Of a stretch of DNA of 64,000 nucleotides, positions 56,695-64,000 are shown in pieces. The position numbers and the translations under genes were made by a program. The stretch is from Candidatus Pacearchaeota archaeon (GTDB lineage: Archaea > Nanobdellota > Nanobdellia > Pacearchaeales > GW2011-AR1), in contig VGKP01000002.1 of the NCBI GenBank assembly GCA_016866975.1, forward strand, positions 1 to 64,000. Reading direction: 5' to 3'. Below the pieces are notes generated by a model that saw nothing but the letters and a program-made list of their open reading frames with translations, had not been told where the DNA came from and ran no database searches. Numbering within the stretch: the stretch's first letter is position 1; each line of letters starts with the position of its first letter.

Positions 56695-57957
56695 ATGCTC
56701 GATATCAGGCTGTTCCGTGAAAATCCTCAGATAATCAAAGAGAGTCAAAAGAAAAGAGGAATGCCTACTGAAGAAGTAGATCTTGTGATGAAGTTGGACA
56801 ATGAATGGAGGGCGCTCAAAGCAGAAGTTGACCACTTAAGAAATAAGCGCAATCAGGTTTCTAAGGAAATTAGCGAATTGAAGAAGAAAAGAAAGAAGGC
56901 AGACACGTTACTCAAAGAAGCAAAAAAGATTCCGAAGATGCTTATAGAGAAGGAGAACAAGATGAAGGAGCTTAATGAGAAACGCGACAATATTCTCAAA
57001 GAAATACCTAATATCATCGATCAATCTGTTCCACTCGGAGACGCTTCTCATAAAAAAGTCATCCTCGAGCATGGTAAGAATAAGTCAACATTCACTCATA
57101 AAGATCATGCAGATATTCTTGAAGCGCTCGATATGCTCGACACGCAAAAAGCATCTAATGTTGCAGGATCGCGCTTCTACTACTTGAAAGGTGACCTTGT
57201 GAAGCTCAATCTGGCCATTATGAGTTTTGCCTTAGATATCTTGCAGAAGAAAAGATTCACACTGGTGCAGCCACCGTATATGCTCCGCAAAGCAGCTCTT
57301 GAAGCAGCGCTGCCCCTCAAGGCATTTGAGGAAATGATTTATAAAATTGAAGGGGAGGACTTGTACTTAATAGGCACTGCGGAGCATGCGCTCAATGCAT
57401 ATGGCATTAATACCACATTCTCACCTGCAGAGCTTCCGCTTCGCCTTGCAGGGATTTCTCCTTGTTTTAGGAAGGAAGCGGGCTCGCACGGCAAGGACAC
57501 GAAAGGCATATTTAGGATCCATCAGTTTGAGAAGATCGAACAGTTTATTTTCTGCAAGCCTGAAGATTCATGGAGAGAGTTTGATCTCATCCTCAAAAAT
57601 TCAGAGGAAATTCTCAAGGCTCTTGAAATCCCCTTCCGGTTTGTCATCCTCTCATCTCAAGACATGGGGCGCGTTCCTACTAAAACGGTGGACTTTGAAG
57701 GTTGGTTCCCAAGCCAGAATGCTTACCGCGAACTGGGGTCATGCTCAAATTGTTTAGACTATCAGGCGCGGAGGAGCAACACCAAGTATCAGGACAATAA
57801 TGAATTCACATTCGTGCACACTCTTAATAACACAGCCATTGCAACTGAGCGCATGATGGCTTGCATTATAGATAATAACCAGCAGAAAGACGGCACAATA
57901 AAGATTCCAGAAGTCCTTCAGCCCTACATGAACGGCAAGAAAGTGATAGGAAATTAA
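56695..57957 (+). CDS. serS: Serine--tRNA ligase
   Basis: N-terminal coiled arm; LIGTAEH, CFRKEAG, GIFRIHQFEK, ELGSCSNC.DYQARR, HTLNNT.IA.ER. Confidence 0.97.
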   Translation: MLDIRLFRENPQIIKESQKKRGMPTEEVDLVMKLDNEWRALKAEVDHLRNKRNQVSKEISELKKKRKKADTLLKEAKKIPKMLIEKENKMKELNEKRDNILKEIPNIIDQSVPLGDASHKKVILEHGKNKSTFTHKDHADILEALDMLDTQKASNVAGSRFYYLKGDLVKLNLAIMSFALDILQKKRFTLVQPPYMLRKAALEAALPLKAFEEMIYKIEGEDLYLIGTAEHALNAYGINTTFSPAELPLRLAGISPCFRKEAGSHGKDTKGIFRIHQFEKIEQFIFCKPEDSWREFDLILKNSEEILKALEIPFRFVILSSQDMGRVPTKTVDFEGWFPSQNAYRELGSCSNCLDYQARRSNTKYQDNNEFTFVHTLNNTAIATERMMACIIDNNQQKDGTIKIPEVLQPYMNGKKVIGN

Positions 57958-58004
57958 GAAGAGAAAACAATTATCTTTAAAAGTGGGCATTCATCTTCTT
58001 TGAG

Positions 58005-59441
58005 ATGAATTTTAATTGGATTTTTAATCGTGATGAAAAAGTACCGCTCAATAATGATTCTTCGGAGAGAGTGGAAGGATTTGAGCACGAGTATGCGATT
58101 GAATTTGATGAGATCGCTGATAAAGATGAAAGAGACAACTATATTGTGCAGAAATTACGGGGAGCGGAGGGCGTTAATGCCCCCAATGTTTATGGTATGC
58201 CTGCGCGGCACCGTTTTAATGGAGGAAGAGTGCACATTGATATGAAACATCTTGAAGGGTGTACACCAGAAGTTACGAATACATTGGATTTACTGAAATA
58301 CGATCGAGAGTTAGACCTGTTTGTTCTTGATCTCTTTGGCCCAGCATACAAACCACGAATTTACAAAATGAGTAGGGACGCTCGCGATACATTTGGCGGA
58401 CTTCACAGAAACATCATGACTAGGCTTAAACCCGATGTTCGGGACAGAGAATCACTCTTACTTTGGGCAGTAGTGGAGAAAGTTCTCAATGGAACAGGTT
58501 ACCAGAATCCTGATGGCCAATACGAACTGCTTCAACGTCGCACATACATAGGAGATGCTCTATCAGACAACTCTACAGGGGGCAAAGGATCTCGGCCACT
58601 TCTTAATCTTAGGGAAGAGAGACACTGTAAGGTAGATGGATGGTACCGTTTTCATGATATTGCAGGCGATGGTAACATGAATCAGGTAGCACTTGCTCTT
58701 AGCCAGGTGCTCTGGAAATGTGTTCTACAGCTAGCAGAAGAAGATAAGCTGCCAAGAATCCCATATTATTCAGGAAAGCATTCAAATGAAGCCGTACGCG
58801 ATATGGATAGCATTTGCTGCCGCCACAGTGACTGGACTCTCAAAGGAACACCTCTTGAATTTAGATCTCTCACTTCTGTCTATCGCGAATTCTACAAAGT
58901 CATTAGAGGAGAGCTCTATGGTCAGAATACATTTACTGACAAAATAATTGATGTATTTGGAGACACAATTCCTGCTCTAGATAATATCAATAATGATCCC
59001 TATGCTCTTGCAGGAAGGCTCGATTGGGTGGGAAAGAAATTCATGATTGAATATTTTATGGGTGCAACAGGAAGAGGTCCTGAAAGCAATGAAGTACAGA
59101 GCCTTAATGTAGATTATCACCGTATTGACGAAGGAGGTTTGTTCCATCTTACACGTTTAAACGATGGGTGGATTGAGAACGAGGTTTCGGATAAAGAGGC
59201 GCGCACCGCCAGAAATACTCCTCCATTGACACGGGCGCATGCACGAGGAGAAATTGCACAAGCATTCTCAGAGATTGCCATGAAGAATGGATTATCCATT
59301 CTTGTTGACTGGGAATCAATTGCTCTTTACAATAAAAGTACATCTCCTGTCTGGACGTGCAATTTTCCCAGACCAGCACACACTTATGTTGAATGCGTGA
59401 GTGAATTCAAAAGTTTCATCAGTAATTGTTCCAAGGCATAA
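58005..59441 (+). CDS. Pup ligase/deamidase (PafA/Dop) family protein 1
   Basis: RVEGFEHEY, NGGRVHIDMKHLEGCTPE, GGLHRN, LQRR.YI, RPLLNLREERH, RFHDIAGDGN, LDWVGKK, DYHRID, PP.TRA.ARG, VDWE: all PafA/Dop motifs in order. Confidence 0.85.
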   Translation: MNFNWIFNRDEKVPLNNDSSERVEGFEHEYAIEFDEIADKDERDNYIVQKLRGAEGVNAPNVYGMPARHRFNGGRVHIDMKHLEGCTPEVTNTLDLLKYDRELDLFVLDLFGPAYKPRIYKMSRDARDTFGGLHRNIMTRLKPDVRDRESLLLWAVVEKVLNGTGYQNPDGQYELLQRRTYIGDALSDNSTGGKGSRPLLNLREERHCKVDGWYRFHDIAGDGNMNQVALALSQVLWKCVLQLAEEDKLPRIPYYSGKHSNEAVRDMDSICCRHSDWTLKGTPLEFRSLTSVYREFYKVIRGELYGQNTFTDKIIDVFGDTIPALDNINNDPYALAGRLDWVGKKFMIEYFMGATGRGPESNEVQSLNVDYHRIDEGGLFHLTRLNDGWIENEVSDKEARTARNTPPLTRAHARGEIAQAFSEIAMKNGLSILVDWESIALYNKSTSPVWTCNFPRPAHTYVECVSEFKSFISNCSKA

Positions 59442-59572
59442 ATTATTACTTTAAAATTCGTGGGGCCGTGGGTCAGTTTAGCAAAGCTTAAACCTTCGGG
59501 AGGTATGCACCTCATACACCAAATAAGCAATATAAACATATAAAATATTAAAAAGGGTTTATATTTGCCAAA

Positions 59573-61042
59573 TTGATGAAAGACAGGATTACACCTCGCG
59601 AAGCATTGGAAAGAAAAGCTGCCCCTCTCGTGTTTTTTGACCATATTCCTCAATATAACCGGAATCGAATAATCTCGAGTGAACAGGAGAATGGGCAGAA
59701 ATTAAGGAAAAAAGTGCATAAGGATTACGAAAAGAAAAGTGGTTGGGAGACCGAATTTACAGCATACTTGTCTGGATTTCTGCCAGATGTGGTGAGTCTT
59801 GGGGGAAGGATATATGCAGATGCAAACCATGTAGAGTTTGCACGGGCGGAATGCTCAAGCCCTCTGGAAGCAGTTGTTCACGAGGATGCTTTTGACAGGT
59901 TCGGTTTTAATCTTCTCACAGGCACCTTGAGACTTGTTCGTAAGCTCTATAAGAACAGTATAGATTTTGGCAATCCGAAAAGGAATTCTCCTCCTGTAAG
60001 CTTCGGCTTCCACGAAAATTACAGCACAAAAATAATGTTTGGCCAAAGCAATCCTTCAGGTTTGTTGGCATTGGTTCCTCACCTAATATCTCGTACAATC
60101 TTTGGGGGTGCAGGATCATTACATAAGGCAAATAAATTTTTAAGGGCCCAGCGCTCTCTCTTTGTTAATAAATTGTGGAGCTTTAATGCTATCAAGGACG
60201 AAAGAGGGATAATCTGCACTCGCGTACAGCCACACACAGAGATTTCTGGTCTTCAGAGGCTACAACTTACTTGTGGAGACGCCCTTATATCTCCAGTAAA
60301 TCGCTTCCTTCTTTATGGCACAACAGCAACGGTAGTTGACCTAATAGAAGATAGGATAATTCCATTATGTGATTATGACACAAGCTACGCAGTTGAAGAT
60401 TTTCATGGAATAACTTATGACCCTGAGAACTATATATTAAGAGGGTTCCCATCTAAGAATTGGACTGCTCTGGATGTACAAAGGAGGATTCTTGATAGTG
60501 CAATTAAGTCTTACTCGCATAGGGATCCTCAGACAAATGCCATTCTGTTTCTATGGGAAGATACTCTTAATAAGTTGGAATATGATCCATTTCAGCTTGT
60601 TGGAAGGCTAGATGCAATTACCAAGAAAGCATTATATACTTGTCTTGATGAGAGATTTCCAGATGTCCCTGAAGATTCTTTTTGGCAGATGAGGGGCATA
60701 GACATGAATTATCACGATATTAATCCAAACTATAGTATTTTTCAGGTAATGCGTTCCGAGGGGATTATGGAGGATTTATATTCCAATAAATTATTTTCAT
60801 GGTATATGCAAAATCCGCCTCCAAAAACCAGGGCGCATTTTAGGGGCAATCTTGCAAAAATTCTAATTAGGGCAAAAGAGGATTTAGCAGTCCTTGATGG
60901 AGATGAATGGGATAAATGCGTTCCATTATCAGATATCTACAATATTTATCCGAATCTATGGGATTTAGATCTTTCTATAGATGACCCGTTTAATTCTTAC
61001 AATGATCGTCTCACAGAGATAAAGGGAATTTTATCTCATTAA
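59573..61042 (+). CDS. Pup ligase/deamidase (PafA/Dop) family protein 2
   Basis: SGWETEF, GGRIYADANHVEFARAEC, GFHENY, AQRS.F, RGIICTRVQPH, RLQLTCGDA, LDAITKK, DMNYHDI, PPPKTRA.FRG, DEWD, IDDPF. Confidence 0.85.
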   Translation: MMKDRITPREALERKAAPLVFFDHIPQYNRNRIISSEQENGQKLRKKVHKDYEKKSGWETEFTAYLSGFLPDVVSLGGRIYADANHVEFARAECSSPLEAVVHEDAFDRFGFNLLTGTLRLVRKLYKNSIDFGNPKRNSPPVSFGFHENYSTKIMFGQSNPSGLLALVPHLISRTIFGGAGSLHKANKFLRAQRSLFVNKLWSFNAIKDERGIICTRVQPHTEISGLQRLQLTCGDALISPVNRFLLYGTTATVVDLIEDRIIPLCDYDTSYAVEDFHGITYDPENYILRGFPSKNWTALDVQRRILDSAIKSYSHRDPQTNAILFLWEDTLNKLEYDPFQLVGRLDAITKKALYTCLDERFPDVPEDSFWQMRGIDMNYHDINPNYSIFQVMRSEGIMEDLYSNKLFSWYMQNPPPKTRAHFRGNLAKILIRAKEDLAVLDGDEWDKCVPLSDIYNIYPNLWDLDLSIDDPFNSYNDRLTEIKGILSH

Positions 61043-61061
61043 CTTAAACGAGCCTAATTAT

Positions 61062-61179
61062 GTCGGGAACCGATGAAAATCACACCTTTCAAGGTATGGT
61101 GGTTCCCGAGCATCTCCAAAAACGAGCGCCTGCAACAAACCTCGGCTTTTAAGCCGAGGTGGCGCATCGTTTTTGTGAT
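61062..61179 (+). mobile_element. Diverged 118-bp member of the palindromic element family
   Basis: TTAT|GTC...TGAT; shares gagcatc..aaaaacgagcgcctgc and ggcgcatcgtttt; stems carry compensatory changes. Confidence 0.82.
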
Positions 61180-61714
61180 ATTTATATATACATAGAAGAA
61201 ATTGATGATGGAAATAGATATAATTCAGGTAATGAGTGATTAAGATGGAAAATGTTCTCTTGAAAATCAGGCAGAACTTAAACAAGTTACAATTAGGAGA
61301 ATTTATTATTGCAGAGATCTGTTAAGGTTCTTAGATGAAAGTAACAGGACAAATGTCTATATTCTTGATGGATTTTTTATCTTTCAAGGAAGGTCCAGAT
61401 TACGGGCCAGATTTTGTTACAGAGACAGCAACTGAAACCATAAAGGGGAGAGATGCATCCCCATTTATTCTCCGGTGCGCAAACTCACCTCAAGAGAAAA
61501 AAGCAAGAGAATTTGGCGTGAAATTTTTATAAGAGGTTTTCACAATAATGGAAAAGTTTTGCAGAGAGTTCAGCAACTTCTTCAAAATGCCAATAAAAAC
61601 CAAAATTCAAGGAAAAATCACTTCAGCATCCAGCATTTATGCCTAGAAAAGGCAAAGACTCCAATCAACAGCTGTCTTTATTTTAAATAAATTAAAAAGT
61701 AAGGAAATGTGTTT

Positions 61715-61939
61715 TTATTCAGTTATTTTATCGATGATTGCAAGCACAGCTCCCACTATTGTAAGGACTACAACAATCCATCCTGCGACTTGAGTTGTGG
61801 TCTCTAATTCAGGTATATACAATACTCCCTCGATCATTCCAAATCCTACAGCAAGTGATACCAATATTCCAGTTATCCAGAGTATTACGCCTAGAAGGAT
61901 AGTAAGTGCCCGATTAGATCCTCTTCCATTTTTTGCCAT
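61715..61939 (-). CDS. Small membrane protein (2 TM)
   Basis: GAGGAGGTGA RBS upstream; hydrophobic hairpin. Confidence 0.65.
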   Translation of the reverse strand: MAKNGRGSNRALTILLGVILWITGILVSLAVGFGMIEGVLYIPELETTTQVAGWIVVVLTIVGAVLAIIDKITE

Positions 61940-61997
61940 TATTCACCTCCTCAATATTAAGTAATGTTCTAAATATATAAGGGTTCCTATTGCTATC

Positions 61998-62125
61998 GTC
62001 AACGCTCGTAGAAATCCTCTACCTATAGGTAGAGGTTAAAATTGGAATGATTTTCTCTGGAGACACAAAACCTCAAGCAAGTCCAGGCATTTAAGCCGAG
62101 GTTAAAACCCGAAGGGTTTTGTGAC
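61998..62125 (+). mobile_element. Degenerate IS200/IS605-like end remnant
   Basis: Starts GTCAAC; perfect hairpin cctctacctataggtagagg; aaacctc...tttaagccgaggtt as in the 61062 right end; ends ttttgtgac. Confidence 0.5.
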
Positions 62126-62302
62126 TTTCAAAAAGCAGGCTGGCTATAAACTCCAAACTATTTAGAATAACATTAATTATCAAAATCCATTTTGTGATTT
62201 GTTAGATAGAAAATAGTGTGAGAAAATTACGGAAATTAAAGTTTTTTTCGTATAATTTGAAGTCATAAAAGGTTTTATAAAATAAATTAAACTAAATAAA
62301 AT

Positions 62303-62818
62303 ATGAATGAATTTTTCAAAATAACAAAAGGAAAGCTAATCGCTTTTGGAGTTTTATTACTATTAGCTATCTATTTATGGGTGCCTGCCCCATATGCAGG
62401 GAACATTGTACAATTTCTAGGAGTATTTGGTGAAATATTAGGTAAAATTTCAATAATGATAAATTTCCCAATAGTCTTCCTATATGGGATTTTTTATAAA
62501 TATAATCTTGTATTTTTTCTCTTGACACTAATTTATAACTATGTTATTATATGTTTAGTTGCAAAAATATTCAAAAAATATAATCCAGATTTACGTCTAT
62601 TCCTAATAATTTTTGTAATATTGGAAATTTTAGCTTATGTTATTGGTTCATTTTACACTTGGAGAGCCGAATGCTTACCTTGTCGTATTGGCCATGAATG
62701 CCCGCCATGTCCATCTGGTAACTATGCTAATTTCTTCTTATTGGCAGGCATGATTCCAAATCTAATACTTTCTTTTGTTATATCTACTCTTATTAAAAAA
62801 TATAAAAAGAGAAAATAG
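62303..62818 (+). CDS. Integral membrane protein (very AT-rich)
   Basis: About 5 TM helices; CLPCRIGHECPPCP loop. Confidence 0.6.
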   Translation: MNEFFKITKGKLIAFGVLLLLAIYLWVPAPYAGNIVQFLGVFGEILGKISIMINFPIVFLYGIFYKYNLVFFLLTLIYNYVIICLVAKIFKKYNPDLRLFLIIFVILEILAYVIGSFYTWRAECLPCRIGHECPPCPSGNYANFFLLAGMIPNLILSFVISTLIKKYKKRK

Positions 62819-62915
62819 GAAAGGACTCTTCAATTATCTCAATCACTTGCCTACTCGAGATTTTTCCCTTAGGCAATGTTTGCACTAAGATTTCATCCAA
62901 ATTTCGCTCCATCTC

Positions 62916-64000
62916 TCAAAATCCTCCAGCCATATGGAGTGGATTTTTTGCTTTGACCTGAAGGCCTCTTACAGCATCCAAAACTCTGGAATCAGGAGAT
63001 AATACAAAGACATGGTCATCTTTTGAGCGCAATGCTCTATATATTCTTTGAAGGAATTCTCTTCTTGCCTTATCCCTGTAGAAATCCCAAAAATATTTCT
63101 CATGTGTCTTCTGTAATATCTTCCAGAAAACGCCATTGACATTAGGATTGGGATATTTTGTGAATACGACTGAATTGCAGATGTCTCCTGGAAAATCTAC
63201 TCCTCTCGAGCATTTTGTCGTGAATAATATAGAAGATTTTCTTTCTTTGAATTCTGAGACCATTTTCCCAGTCTTGTCTTCTGTTTGCAGGGCCATCAGC
63301 CTTTCTCTGGACATCAGATTGTCTAAGCGAAGGATGTGTAATTCCTGCTCTGTAGGGAGATCTTCAAACGCATTGACATGTACCAAAGTAGGTCTCTTTG
63401 CTTTGTCTATGCATAGTGATAATGTTTTGAGATATTCATCTCTGGAATGTTTGCCTGAACTGAAATTTGAATACCTGCAATCAAATTCTTTTCCTGTCCT
63501 ATGAATCTCTATATTGCCTTGCGGCATCGTCTCAGCTTCCACTATCTCAAAGTCATCTATCCCGAATATTTCTTTAAGGACAATTGAGGAATGAAGAGTC
63601 CCAGACATCATGACTAAAGACTTGTTTTTCTTTACAATCTCTTGAAATTTCTTAGAAAGGTTCGTCGTGACAAGATTGACAAAGATATCTTTATCGACTC
63701 TTTTGTATGTGATGTATGTATCTTCAATAAAGTCTATGAAATTCTTCGCCACTTCTATGGCTTTATTGGCATAATGCATCTCGTCTATGGCAATCTCGGC
63801 CTCTATTTCTGGATGTTTTAGAAACATCTTGAGTATCTTTTCCCATTGAGTTTCTTTTATAGGGTAAATCTTGTTCTCGTTTATGCCCAACGCCTGCTTG
63901 TTTTTTTCTTCAAGTCCGAGCAGGTTCTCAATTGATTCCACAAGAACGCGCGCTTCTGGATGTTCAGGAGTTATTGAAGAAAGGGATGAAGAAAGGCGAG
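62916..64000 (-). CDS. DinG/XPD-like helicase, C-terminal part (5' truncated by window edge)
   Basis: Frame open to the window end; VMMSGTL, SRGVDFPG, KYPNP, QRIYRALRSKDD (motifs III, V, VI). Confidence 0.75.
   Translation of the reverse strand, partial: RLSSSLSSITPEHPEARVLVESIENLLGLEEKNKQALGINENKIYPIKETQWEKILKMFLKHPEIEAEIAIDEMHYANKAIEVAKNFIDFIEDTYITYKRVDKDIFVNLVTTNLSKKFQEIVKKNKSLVMMSGTLHSSIVLKEIFGIDDFEIVEAETMPQGNIEIHRTGKEFDCRYSNFSSGKHSRDEYLKTLSLCIDKAKRPTLVHVNAFEDLPTEQELHILRLDNLMSRERLMALQTEDKTGKMVSEFKERKSSILFTTKCSRGVDFPGDICNSVVFTKYPNPNVNGVFWKILQKTHEKYFWDFYRDKARREFLQRIYRALRSKDDHVFVLSPDSRVLDAVRGLQVKAKNPLHMAGGF

Noticed and set aside
59442-59572. Spacer between the two ligase genes as a hidden modifier gene or ncRNA
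   Set aside because: I found no Pup-like ORF there; only short hairpins (gaggt-atgc-acctc) and a TATA-like box for gene 2.
61335-61690. Small ORFs after the PafA/Dop pair as the missing Pup/UBact
   Set aside because: They do not end in GG(E/Q) or G(E/Q) and are not Pup-like in composition. The region (about 61245-61600) reads more like a frameshifted, decayed gene with a faint receiver-domain pattern, too weak to call.

Overview
64 kb of an AT-rich archaeal chromosome, most likely a DPANN (Pacearchaeota-like) genome. This is inferred from the archaeal-type informational genes, the S-layer protein, an archaeosortase next to a surface protein, and the reduced metabolic content. Most of the window is housekeeping: ftsZ, sepF, secE, spt5, ribosomal proteins L1/L10/L11/L12/L37Ae/L40e, rpoP, prefoldin beta, aIF5A, smc, rnhB, ileS, serS, tatD, nfo and four tRNAs, interspersed with single orphan ORFs and cell-surface proteins. 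The most interesting signals are: (1) two tandem Pup-ligase/deamidase (PafA/Dop)-family genes at 58.0-61.0 kb, with no Pup or proteasome gene beside them; (2) a recently active ~120-bp non-coding IS200/IS605-like palindromic element that always follows TTAT; (3) a ~25-nt bulged-hairpin unit that invades that element and also occurs in an intergenic cluster and a tRNA-Ser intron; (4) an SMC with canonical head motifs but a central CPLC zinc-hook-like motif and no evident hinge; (5) a probable remote diversity-generating retroelement (DGR) target gene; (6) a bacterial outer-membrane-type beta-barrel gene. All calls come from reading the sequence and recalling motifs; no database search was run. 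I found no CRISPR array or rRNA.
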